DNA of 27,409 nucleotides from Promethearchaeota archaeon (GTDB lineage Archaea; Asgardarchaeota; Lokiarchaeia; Sigyniarchaeales; SOKP01). The stretch lies in contig JAFGOA010000086.1 in the NCBI GenBank assembly GCA_016926735.1, forward strand, positions 1 to 27,409, read 5' to 3'. The notes below the pieces were generated by a model. It was not told the DNA's origin and did not search any database. It saw only the letters and a list, made by a program, of their open reading frames with translations. Shown here piece by piece: positions 8,313 to 18,465 of this stretch. A program made the position numbers and the translations under genes. Within the stretch, counting starts at the first letter, position 1; each line of letters opens with the position of its first letter.

Positions 8313-10616
8313 TTATCCAAATGTTTTCATTTTTGTAATTTCTGTTATATTCATTTTCTTTACCTTTCTAAATTGTAAAATCAACACGATAAACACAATA
8401 GCAAATATATTTAATCCAAAATAAATATAGCTTATTGGGTACATATAATATGAAATTCCCATCATTACATCACTCATCAAATCAAGCATTAAAATCGAAA
8501 TAATATTACCTAAAGAAATACCTATAGGGATCGAAATTACAAAATATAATAAAATTTCTTTGAGTATACTCTTTTTTATCTCAGAATTATATAATCCCAA
8601 TGCTTTCATATTAGCATAATCTTCAATGCGATATTCAATCAAATTTTTTACAATAATTCCAGAAATTAAAAGCCCAAATAAAGTAAAAATAATTCCAAAA
8701 GCAATAGTGAATAGATTAAACAATTCTGAAGACTCATTTAACATTTTTTCAACATCAACTTTTAGAATAACATTATCAACATACTCTAAATCCTCCACTT
8801 GAGCTAAAGCTTCAGAATTATTAGATGCAATTGTAAAATATACAGTATTTACCTTATTAGATTCTCCTAGAATTTTCTGAACACTCTCTAAATAGAAATA
8901 AATTGTACTTTCTGCAAAATCATTAACTACTCCCTTGATAGTGATTTTGTGTGACTCTAAAGATGTTTGATTTTTAACATAGATCGTTCCTCCTATCGCA
9001 AGGGAAAATTCTTTAAATATGTCTTTTGTTATATAACATTCTCCTTCATCTGTAATGGAACTACCACGTTCTAATTTAAAATTATGTAAGATCGAATCAT
9101 TTTCAAAAGCTATTACGCGTAAATATTCATTGAATTCACTTGTATTGTATTTATTAAATAAAATTCTATCTATTATTCCGAACTCATGATATTGTATACT
9201 TGAAAGATCGGTAAAATTATTATTTATAATATTTGTATCTTCATAATTCCATGTTGTTGCCATTCCATCCCATTTTTCAATCTGATTAACCTTATAATCC
9301 AGAGAATAGTTCACACTATCAGGTAAACTATAGGCGAATACTAGAAAACATGATGAAATAACTAACGCTAATGAAATAAATAATAAATGTATTTTTTTAC
9401 CAGAAATCCTTCTTATATTATAACTAGTAAATGGATGGATATTTTTCCTTATCTTTTTTATTATCTTTTCTATTAATGGTTCTTTCTCTAAAAATTTTGT
9501 TTCGTATTTTAATGATTGTTGTATATCCATTTTAAATGATTTCATAACAACTAAAAAAGTAATTAAAGTTGATAAAATAAGTGTTGCAATTCCTATAAAA
9601 AGAATATTCTGATATGAAAAGGACACACTGGGAAAAAATGGAATCCCAGTTAATGATGCAATAAATTGAGTAAAAGGGATACCTGATACAATACCTAGAA
9701 TTCCACCTAGTATTAAGGAAATTATAAATAATATTAGATTAAAAATCAAATAACTAAGAATAATTTCCTTTTTTGTTGCACCTAATCCTTGAAATACCGA
9801 GATTGATTTTAGATCGAATTCAATAAGGCGGTGCAATACTATAACGAGTACAAATAGAGACCCAATAATGAAAATCAAAGCGAAAATAAATAGAAATTGA
9901 CGATCTGATTTTTCATCCTCAATCATTATATTTATAAAAGGATTCTCTTTTTGACTAAGTATTTCTTGTATATATAATCCCAAATCTTCATTAATTTTTT
10001 CTTCAAATTCTTCTTGAGTTTTATCAGGATTTAATTTATAAAGAATTTCATTAATAAATGTTCCATTGTAGGGAATAAAATTATTATTCAAATAGTCCAA
10101 GCTAACATAAAGTATAGGAAAAGGTGTATAAGAAGGAAATGCTATGGATTCGATTAATGGAAAATACATAAATTCAGAGTTGAAACCAATATCTAGTATT
10201 TCTATATTCTTTTCTATTGATCCAAACTTAAGAGTTATATTTTCTCCTATTTTTATATTATGAGTACTTGCAAAAGCATATTCAAAACAATATTCATAAT
10301 CGAGTATTTCCTGCTTATTTTTATCAATTAGAGCATTAATATGGGATGTTTCAGAAGTATTCACTCCAACAATAAGACCATCATATTCATAACCTTTTAT
10401 GTCGTACTTCATATTCATAAATATTCTTAATTCATATTTATCCAAGTAATCTTTAGTAAGATTATTCAAAATCGGTTGGATTTCTGATATATTTGCTGGA
10501 TTTGTGTATATAAAACCGTCTGTAAAGTTAGTTAGTTTAATAGTCTCATCAAGTATTCTGTGTCTCGAATCTTGCATATCAAACATTAAACTTCCAAAAC
10601 CAATACTAAAAAGCAT
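8313..10616 (-). CDS. ABC transporter permease, FtsX/MacB-like with two FtsX domains; true start probably further upstream (~10703)
   Basis: Two extracytoplasmic domains each followed by 3 TMs, with GLGATKKEI and MKALGLYNSEI motifs. Lies directly downstream of a LolD-like ATPase. Confidence 0.9.
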   Translation of the reverse strand: MLFSIGFGSLMFDMQDSRHRILDETIKLTNFTDGFIYTNPANISEIQPILNNLTKDYLDKYELRIFMNMKYDIKGYEYDGLIVGVNTSETSHINALIDKNKQEILDYEYCFEYAFASTHNIKIGENITLKFGSIEKNIEILDIGFNSEFMYFPLIESIAFPSYTPFPILYVSLDYLNNNFIPYNGTFINEILYKLNPDKTQEEFEEKINEDLGLYIQEILSQKENPFINIMIEDEKSDRQFLFIFALIFIIGSLFVLVIVLHRLIEFDLKSISVFQGLGATKKEIILSYLIFNLILFIISLILGGILGIVSGIPFTQFIASLTGIPFFPSVSFSYQNILFIGIATLILSTLITFLVVMKSFKMDIQQSLKYETKFLEKEPLIEKIIKKIRKNIHPFTSYNIRRISGKKIHLLFISLALVISSCFLVFAYSLPDSVNYSLDYKVNQIEKWDGMATTWNYEDTNIINNNFTDLSSIQYHEFGIIDRILFNKYNTSEFNEYLRVIAFENDSILHNFKLERGSSITDEGECYITKDIFKEFSLAIGGTIYVKNQTSLESHKITIKGVVNDFAESTIYFYLESVQKILGESNKVNTVYFTIASNNSEALAQVEDLEYVDNVILKVDVEKMLNESSELFNLFTIAFGIIFTLFGLLISGIIVKNLIEYRIEDYANMKALGLYNSEIKKSILKEILLYFVISIPIGISLGNIISILMLDLMSDVMMGISYYMYPISYIYFGLNIFAIVFIVLILQFRKVKKMNITEITKMKTFG

Positions 10617-10714
10617 TAAGGCAATAATTGGTATAACTTTTCCTTTGTTTTTAGATATTGTCTTATAACCTTTTTTCCAAATAAACCAATTAGATTGTTT
10701 TATGACTCATCCCT

Positions 10715-11467
10715 CTATAATTTTTTATTTATATTATTCATATAAATGTCATGATGAGCTTTTTGTTCTTCTTTGATTAATGTTCCATCTCGAATATGTA
10801 TATGATTTTGAGCATATTTATCTGCCATATCTTCATCATGAGTAACAATAAGTATTGTTTTTCCATAATCTTCCGATAGTGATTTTAGTAGTTTATAAAT
10901 CTCATCACTCTTTTTAGTATCTAAATTTCCTGTAGGCTCATCCGCTAATATTAAAACAGGATCTTTGATTAAAGCCCTAGCTATTGCAACTCTCTGCTGT
11001 TCTCCGCCAGACATTTGATTAGGATAATGATTAACTTTATCAGCTAGCCCAAAATTTTCTAATAATTCCTTTGATTTTAATTTTGGATTCATAATCCCAG
11101 AGAAACGTGCTGCTAACTCTACATTTTCTAAAGCTGTTAAAATTGGTATTAAATTATAAAATTGAAAAATAATTCCTATTTTTTCTCTCCTATATTGAGT
11201 TAGTTCTTTTTTAGAAAATTCTGTGATATTTTTATATTTTCCATTGAATTTAATTAATATACTTCCTTTATCTGGAGAATCAAGACCACCCAACATATTT
11301 AATAAAGTTGTTTTACCACAACCAGAAGGTCCCAAGATCATTTTAAAAGCTCCCTTTTCGATAAAAAGGCTAATTCCATTTAAAGCACTATATTCAATAT
11401 TGCCTAGCTTGTATGTTTTATAAAGGTTTTCTACTTTAATTTGATTATTTTCATAATTGCTTTCCAT
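10715..11467 (-). CDS. ABC transporter ATP-binding protein, LolD/MacB-like
   Basis: Walker A GPSGCGKT, FQFYNL Q-loop, MSGGEQQRVAIARAL signature, ILADEPTGNLD and VTHD. Confidence 0.97.
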   Translation of the reverse strand: MESNYENNQIKVENLYKTYKLGNIEYSALNGISLFIEKGAFKMILGPSGCGKTTLLNMLGGLDSPDKGSILIKFNGKYKNITEFSKKELTQYRREKIGIIFQFYNLIPILTALENVELAARFSGIMNPKLKSKELLENFGLADKVNHYPNQMSGGEQQRVAIARALIKDPVLILADEPTGNLDTKKSDEIYKLLKSLSEDYGKTILIVTHDEDMADKYAQNHIHIRDGTLIKEEQKAHHDIYMNNINKKL

Positions 11468-11732
11468 TATAATTACCTCAATCTACAATTATATTAATTT
11501 TAGCATGGATTTATTAAAGGTAATCTTATGTAAAATTAGGCATGCCTAATTATATATTAATTTAATCTTCTATAAATACTTTTTGAAATTTTTTCTTCTT
11601 ATAATATTGAAATTATTAGATAATATTATAACAACAAGAAGAGGTGAAATCAATATTGTAAATTTTTTTTTGAAAAATTATATTATTGAATATTCGAAAA
11701 AATCAAGAATTAATCAACTCTATTTTTGAGAA

Positions 11733-12122
11733 TTAATCTTTAATTTGAAGCTCTAATTCTTTTATCCTATCTAACAATTGTTGATTTTTAATAAATTCTC
11801 TATGACTTAACTGATTTTGAATATTATTAATTACAGCTTCATACATATCTATTAGTTCTTTAAAATTTTCATTTTTTTTCTTTTTCTTATTTCTTTTTTC
11901 TACTCTTTTATTACTGATTGTTTGAATATCCTTAATAGAAAGTTTTAAGTTTATTTTTGATTTTAATTTGTTCTTTTCATTATCAGAAAGACATTTGAGA
12001 AAATTTCTTATTATATCTTTTAAAAATAGATCTGTCCTATTATAATAGGGATGCTCAAAGAGATATGTACATTTTTCTGTAAGAAATTCAGCAAAATCTT
12101 TTATTCTCAATAATAAAGACAC
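11733..12122 (-). CDS. Hypothetical protein with a C-terminal coiled coil
   Basis: 129-codon ORF with a GTG start, K/E-rich helical composition and no recognised motif. Confidence 0.55.
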   Translation of the reverse strand: MSLLLRIKDFAEFLTEKCTYLFEHPYYNRTDLFLKDIIRNFLKCLSDNEKNKLKSKINLKLSIKDIQTISNKRVEKRNKKKKKNENFKELIDMYEAVINNIQNQLSHREFIKNQQLLDRIKELELQIKD

Positions 12123-12327
12123 CTCTAAAATTTTATTCCTATAATAAAAGAGAAATTAGATATATATATAGATAAGTGAAAAAAATCATGATTTATTTGT
12201 ATAAATTAAAAAAACTTCAATGAATTTAATTAAATAAACATTTTCTCTATCTTAAGATGTTAAAAATCTTAATTATACTAGTAAACCCTATACTTAAACA
12301 ATAATAAATAAAATTTAAATCAATAAT

Positions 12328-12486
12328 TTATTTTTTAAGGCTTATTTTGTCGAATATTGCGCCAGTTTTTGTTATTAAGATAAGTTTACAATATTCTTTA
12401 GTTGTTATTCGTAATAAAATTGAATCTGAATTCCCGGTGACTTTGACAGATTTCCAATCTTGAAATTTTTCTGAAATTTTTTCCAT
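12328..12486 (-). CDS. Small hypothetical protein (52 aa), weakly AbrB/MazE-like
   Basis: MEKISEKFQDWKSVKVTGNSDSILLRITTKEYCKLILITKTGAIFDKISLKK*, with a GGGAG SD-like site just upstream. Not in the ORF track. Confidence 0.45.
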   Translation of the reverse strand: MEKISEKFQDWKSVKVTGNSDSILLRITTKEYCKLILITKTGAIFDKISLKK

Positions 12487-12675
12487 AAAACTCCCAACCT
12501 TAATATTATTTAATTATCATATAAACTCAATAATATAAAAAAGATATTTAGACCAATTTTTAAGGCTATTTAAGATATTATTATTTTAGCTTTTCTATTT
12601 ATAATCATAATTAAAAATCAACAGGTGAAAATTATTCCTTAAGCTTTTATAAATTTAATATTATTTTCTAATTAT

Positions 12676-14133
12676 CAGTACTTGATTATGATATAAAACA
12701 CCTCATCTTATTTATTTGTTGTTCCCGACAGAATTCTCTATGAGGAGGATCAAGTCCGACATAAGTTTGTAATAATTCAAAAAGAAATTTATGAAAAAAG
12801 ACACAAAAATACTTCATTGGTTCTTTTGGTTGCCATATTCTACTTTGGCGAAGAAAAAGATTCGCAAGTACCCAGAGGTTATATAAAAAAAGAGCAATAA
12901 TAAAGTAGAGATTTCTTACTTCTGCAAGTTTACTTGAGGTAAAAGTAAAAAATGGAATAACTTCTCGATATGATGTTTCTATCCGCCATCGCGTTCCATA
13001 ATCACCTCTTACTTTATAAAATCGATATTTTTTTTTATGAGTTGGAGCCGTAATCTTTCGATTTGTTGCGAGTACAAAAATCTCTGCTAATATTTTTGAG
13101 AGTTTTATCTCTGAGCGATTATATTTTGCTCGTAATCGATCAAATCGTAATTTCTTCTTTGCATAAAATCCTATCTTAAAATCAACATAAGAATATCCCT
13201 TTCCCTTTCCCTTAACATACTCGTCTTTCATTGTGTATTCTTGAACTCTTTTACGAGGATCTTTTAGAGCCACTTCTTTTAAAGCCCTCAACTTTTCTGA
13301 TTCTTTCACAGGGATGATATATGTAATTTGTTCTGAACGGAAGTATTTTATAATCGCTTTTGTATAGTATTCTTTATCTAAAACGGCCATCTCAATTATA
13401 AAACCCAATGATCTAAAGAATTCTACCATTTTTTGAATAAATTGCTCTTTATTCTTGCGAGATTCGACCATTTCAGAACCTATTTGAAATTCTCGTCCCT
13501 TGATAATAATGGCACAGGTATGCCAAAAATTCGCTTTTGTCGTGCCTTTTTCAGCTTTAATGCCAATTACATGAGAATCTTCTTTTTTTCCGTAATATAA
13601 TTTTTTCTTATAATCAAAAGCAATGTTAATTTTTTTGGGAAGGAGCCTTTTTTCAAGTAAATAGGAAATTATCTCTCTATTACGCTCGAGTAAGATGGTA
13701 TTTACTTCTTCTATTGAAAATTTACATGCATACTTTGTCATTTGAGAAGGATGAGGAAGAATTCGATTATATTTAATAAAAAATGAAAGATCATATTGTA
13801 AGATGGAATATAATTTATGCTCCAATATCTGAGAGCCTTGATTTGGACTATATCCAAATAGTGCATTGAGAAACATAATGATTGAAAATTCTTCACATCG
13901 ATGTTCTGTTCCATGACCTTCTAATGGCTTGGAAAAAGAACTTAAAAGAGGAATCACAATCTTTTTATAAAATATTTAGTCTATATTTAATTGGGAAAAA
14001 GAAGAAAACGGATTATTTGGTAAATAGTTTTTATATACGCTCATATATACTACTATCTTCTTTTTCCTTTAAAAATCTTCGAATACAAATGAAGACGTCC
14101 CACTTTATTTTTGTCGGTCGTGATTGAATACTG
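12676..14133 (-). mobile_element. Insertion sequence, ISH3/IS4-like DDE element, 1458 bp
   Basis: Imperfect 16-bp TIRs CAGTACTTGATTATGA (12676-12691) and the reverse complement of 14118-14133, CAGTATTCAATCACGA (11/16 identical). Perfect 5-bp target duplication ATTAT at 12671-12675 and 14134-14138. Single internal transposase. Confidence 0.92.
12686..13957 (-). CDS. DDE transposase, ISH3/IS4-like
   Basis: IAFD (D1), VLDKEYY (D2) and YGTRWRIETSYRE (Y-x2-R-W-x-IE, catalytic E). The stop codon lies inside the TIR. Confidence 0.92.
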   Translation of the reverse strand: MIPLLSSFSKPLEGHGTEHRCEEFSIIMFLNALFGYSPNQGSQILEHKLYSILQYDLSFFIKYNRILPHPSQMTKYACKFSIEEVNTILLERNREIISYLLEKRLLPKKINIAFDYKKKLYYGKKEDSHVIGIKAEKGTTKANFWHTCAIIIKGREFQIGSEMVESRKNKEQFIQKMVEFFRSLGFIIEMAVLDKEYYTKAIIKYFRSEQITYIIPVKESEKLRALKEVALKDPRKRVQEYTMKDEYVKGKGKGYSYVDFKIGFYAKKKLRFDRLRAKYNRSEIKLSKILAEIFVLATNRKITAPTHKKKYRFYKVRGDYGTRWRIETSYREVIPFFTFTSSKLAEVRNLYFIIALFLYNLWVLANLFLRQSRIWQPKEPMKYFCVFFHKFLFELLQTYVGLDPPHREFCREQQINKMRCFIS

Positions 14134-14165
14134 ATTATTAAAAAAAAAAATGAAGTCTATTAAAA

Positions 14166-16274
14166 ATGACAAATAGACAAGATAAAAAAGAAATTAATTT
14201 GCTAATTTCGTTAATCTTTGGATTATCTATTTTTGGATTAGGAATAAATAACATTTTATTAAATAATAATCACATTGTAATAGATAATCAAGAAGAACAA
14301 TTAATTTTTTCATCAGATTACTGGAATTTTTCAAATATTGAAATCTTGATATCAAATGACAACTGGTCTGAATCACTAGTCGATTGGATTCAAGTAAATA
14401 ACGGTACAAAAAATGATCCTCATATAATTGAAAACATAACAATAAATAAAGGCCATATTTTTGATGGACATTGTATAACAATTGAAAATTCGAAAGATTA
14501 TTTCGAGATTAGAAATTGTTCACTTCTCTATGCGGGAATATTAGATGATTCGGTTATTTTTCTTAAAAATTCATCAAATGGTATAATAAAAAATAATAGT
14601 TTAACTTATAATGAGGCACCAAGTATTCATTTAGTTAATAGTTCAAACATTACTATTTTTGATAATTTACTGGAAAATAATACTGATAATAGTATTTTTT
14701 TTGAGAAGAGTAGTAATAACTATATCGAAAATAACCTTATGATAAGGAATGAATATCAAATAGACATTGCGGAGAACTCAAATAATAATACGATTTTTAA
14801 TAACAGTTTAGGAGCATCACTTTATTTTGGAATTAGAGTATATGATAACTCTGAATATAATAATATCACCAACAATTTGATATATAATACTGGAATACAT
14901 AATGGAATTGAAATAAGTGAATCTAATTATAATGATATAATTGGGAATAATATAACTCTAGGTTTAACCGGTATTGAAATTTATGGTTCAAATCATACTA
15001 CATTTGAAAAGAATACAATAGCATATAATTTTGATTCAATTATAGTAAGTAAATATTATGATGTTTTTCCTGAGAATGTTATAATTAATAATAATACAAT
15101 CATTCAAGGTAACAAATTAAATATAATGTATACCAGAAATAGCATTATCTCAAATAATATTATATATGATATGTATTCATTTTCCTATCTTACAACCGTA
15201 CTTTTAGTAAGATTTTCTAATAACACTCAAATATTTGGAAATAGGATCAATTCTACTATGAAAAATGGTTTGGAACTCTATCATAGCAATAACATCACAA
15301 CATATAATAATACAATCTTTAATTCTAATAATGGAATAGAAATAATGAATTCAAATGGTTGTTTAATTAATGATACAACTATAAGTGAATGTAACATAGG
15401 AATATATCTTGAAGATGCAAACAACAACAATATAACCTATAATCTACTGAATTATAACAACTATAGCATTATAGCTCAAGGAAATAATAACAATAATTAT
15501 TTTGGAAATAACACTCGGTATACATTTTTAGAGCAAATTGGTATATACAATTTTAATATAATCCCATATGGGTTATCAGAATATAATCTTGATATTTCTT
15601 TCAATATAGTTGATGATACTGAAATATTGGCAGAAAGTTTATACTATAATCCCATAGATGTGGCTTTAGCTAATTCATTATTATTTATAGAGATCGAAAT
15701 AAATGAGACTGTCAATCTATTAGGAGACATAAATATAACCATAGATGGTCCTATAAATCTAAATCATACGAAGGGATGATATTTCAATGATTCAGCAAAT
15801 TTAGGCTTAGGTGCTTGGGAAGAAATTGAAATTAATGAAGTAAATGGAGATATTATTTTGTTGACAGATCATACTTCAATATTCGGAATAACAATAGATT
15901 CAATATTACCTACATGGTTCGGAACACCTTCAAATCAAGTAGTATTTTATGGAAATTCTTTTAGTTATGATATCAATGCTATAGATAATATAGGAATTCA
16001 TAACTATGTGATAAATGATACTAAACACTTTACAATTGATAATGATGGTACTATAACAAATCAAACAATATTAGAACAAGGAGATTATTGGATTATAGTT
16101 AGAGCTTATAATGAATACTATAATTACTGTGAAGAAATAATTAGAATTACAGTTACTGTGGACACGGGAGGAAAAGACAATAATATACCCGGATATGATT
16201 TAATAGTTATAGCTATTAGTTCATTTAATTTAATAATAGCTATAATGTTATTTAAAAAAAGAAAATTTAACTAA
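14166..16274 (+). pseudogene. Cell-surface right-handed beta-helix (NosD/CASH-repeat) protein with a C-terminal Ig-like domain and Loki-CTERM-like anchor, interrupted by an in-frame TGA at 15777-15779
   Basis: ORFs 14166-15779 and 15858-16274 are in the same frame and read continuously as ...HTKG*YFNDSANLGLGAWEEIE...LTDHTSIFG. N-terminal TM, NGTKNDPHIIENITI motif, many I..SxNNxIxxN repeats, and a C-terminal IPGYDL-TM-KKRKFN. Confidence 0.82.
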
Positions 16275-16815
16275 TATTTTTTTTTAATTTTTTATTAAAA
16301 TATTCATTTCTCAGAAGAGAATATTGTTTTAAATTACAATAGGAATCCCTACGTAAAACAGCTCCTCGAATAATACCTTCAAAAATGAACCCACATTTTT
16401 CCGCAACTCTTTGGGATGCTATATTATCAACATGTGCTCTTATTTCCAGTCTATTTACATCCTTCGCATTAAATAAATATTCGATAAACAATTCTAGAGC
16501 CTCCGTGGCTATTCCTTTCTTACGATTTTCCGTGCTAAATAATATTGCTCCGATTTCTAGAGCGCTAAAATATTTAATAGATTTAAAATAATTCACATAT
16601 CCTAAGATTGTATCCTCATTATCTACTATTAACATTCTGCCAAAATCTTCATTCCATATTCCAGTTTCATTAAACCATTTTTTTAATCCCGATTCAGATG
16701 TTATCTCCCATATATAATAATCCCCTCTATTTGATAAATCTGTATCCAAAATATGAAATTCTTCTAAGTCTTTTTCTCTAAATGTCCTCAAATTGATATT
16801 TTTACCTTTAATCAT
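16267..16815 (-). CDS. GNAT N-acetyltransferase, RimJ/RimL family
   Basis: LRTFREKD, EIG, RKKGIATEAL and NIASQRVAEKCGFIFEG motifs. Confidence 0.93.
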   Translation of the reverse strand: MIKGKNINLRTFREKDLEEFHILDTDLSNRGDYYIWEITSESGLKKWFNETGIWNEDFGRMLIVDNEDTILGYVNYFKSIKYFSALEIGAILFSTENRKKGIATEALELFIEYLFNAKDVNRLEIRAHVDNIASQRVAEKCGFIFEGIIRGAVLRRDSYCNLKQYSLLRNEYFNKKLKKNIS

Positions 16816-17136
16816 ATGATTATCACTTAATATTCTTTCAATTAATTTAACCTAATTATACGTTAATATTAAACTCAATTTGAATAAAATGAAGAATTAT
16901 ATAAAAATTATAAAGTATACAAATAGAAATTAAATATCAAATATTGAACTATCAAGCTCTGAGGAAGTGGATGATTGGTAGAATATGGAAAAACTAAAAA
17001 AAGAGATATTTCCAATATCATAATTTTGATTTCAAGGTATCATTAAATTTAAACCCTTATTTCATTTATAAGAAAAATAGTAAGATCTTAATTTAGACAT
17101 TTTAATCATTATTTTTAAAATAATCATTGATTTTAT

Positions 17137-18465
17137 ATGCCCTCAACATTAGAGAAAATAAGAATATTAGGATCAAATTCTAAATATGATATATGTGCCA
17201 GTACAGCTTCAAGTAGAACAAATAAATATCCCGAACTTTTTGGAAAATCTAAAAATTGGATAGGAGCAACTACAAGCGCGGGAATTTGTCATAGTTACAC
17301 GCCTGATGGAAGATGTATGAGTCTTTTCAAAACACTATTTACAAATAAATGTATTTATAGCTGTAAGTATTGCTTTTCACAGAGTTGTAAACAAAAATTA
17401 AGTTTTACCCCGGAAGAATATGCTCGTATATTCATGAAATTATATTCTATGAACGTAGTCGAAGGAGTTTTTATAACATCTGGGGTATGTGGTAGTGCAG
17501 ATGATACAACAGAAGAAATGTTAGAAGCAGTTCGACTTCTTAGATTTAAATATAAATTCCAAGGATATATTCATTTTAAATGTTTACCAGGTTTGAGTCA
17601 ACATTTACTTAAAGAAGCAATTTCTCTATCTGATAGAATTTCAGTCAATTCAGAAGCTTCCACTGCTAGCTTTCTGTCAGAAATTGCGGAACAGAAAGAT
17701 TTTAAAAATGACATTATTACTCGCCAACGATGGTTAAAACAAATACGAATAAAACATAATGAAGACGTGTTGAAAGAGCTTAAAGATAAGAAAAAAGAAT
17801 ATGAATTAAAGTACCAAGAAAAGATGATAAAAGAATATAATCAGAATGGTTATAAAAAATTTAGATGGGATGGAGCACCAATCCTTAATGGTGGTCAAAC
17901 CACTCAATTTGTAATAGGCGCTGCAGAAGGAGAAACTGATTTAGATTTATTAAATAGGATTGATTGGCAATATAAGGCTGTTGATATGAGACGTGCTTAT
18001 TTTTCAGCTTTTATACCACTAGAAGGTACCCCTTTAGCTAAAAGAAATGCTCCTCCTTTAGAAAGAGAGCATAGACTGTATCAAAGTGATTGGTTATTAA
18101 GAATTTATCATTATAAATTAAAAGATTTGAAAGATATTCTCACAGAGGAAGGGAATCTGCCTCATGGTGATCCAAAAATTCATTTTGCAAGACAATATTT
18201 TAAAAATCATAGCCCTATTGATCCTAATGAAGCTTCATACCAAGAATTACTCCGTGTTCCAGGAATTGGGCCGATTTCTGCCAAAAGAATTATTAACCTA
18301 CAAAAGCAAAATTATAGATTTCAACGAAGGATACAGCTTAAATCTGTAGGTGTTGTTTTAAAAAGAGCAGATCCTTTTCTTAAGATTGATGGACAAAATC
18401 AAATGACTCTTCAAAATTTTTTAAATGATGATAAAAATATATTATTTCAAGAAGGAATACAATGA
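17137..18465 (+). CDS. Putative DNA modification/repair radical SAM protein with a C-terminal helix-hairpin-helix (TIGR03916-like)
   Basis: KYDICAS, GICHSYTPDGRC, CIYSCKYC (CxxxCxxC), GYIHFK, GQTTQF, RAYFSAF, REHRLYQSDWLLRIY and LLRVPGIGPISAKRI (HhH). Confidence 0.93.
   Translation: MPSTLEKIRILGSNSKYDICASTASSRTNKYPELFGKSKNWIGATTSAGICHSYTPDGRCMSLFKTLFTNKCIYSCKYCFSQSCKQKLSFTPEEYARIFMKLYSMNVVEGVFITSGVCGSADDTTEEMLEAVRLLRFKYKFQGYIHFKCLPGLSQHLLKEAISLSDRISVNSEASTASFLSEIAEQKDFKNDIITRQRWLKQIRIKHNEDVLKELKDKKKEYELKYQEKMIKEYNQNGYKKFRWDGAPILNGGQTTQFVIGAAEGETDLDLLNRIDWQYKAVDMRRAYFSAFIPLEGTPLAKRNAPPLEREHRLYQSDWLLRIYHYKLKDLKDILTEEGNLPHGDPKIHFARQYFKNHSPIDPNEASYQELLRVPGIGPISAKRIINLQKQNYRFQRRIQLKSVGVVLKRADPFLKIDGQNQMTLQNFLNDDKNILFQEGIQ

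Noticed and set aside
8313-11467. ABC transporter (and the CPBP protease) as bacteriocin immunity genes for the GG-peptide remnant
   Set aside because: They are separated by unrelated genes and belong to common families. Nothing in the sequence links them.
16940-17022. Fragment IELSSSEEVDDW*NMEKLK resembling a VOC/glyoxalase piece
   Set aside because: Too short and interrupted to call.
7864-18349. Track ORFs 7864-8064, 11223-11423, 13882-14127, 14227-14481, 16385-16591 and 18164-18349
   Set aside because: Shadow or out-of-frame ORFs overlapping real genes or the IS end, with no motifs.
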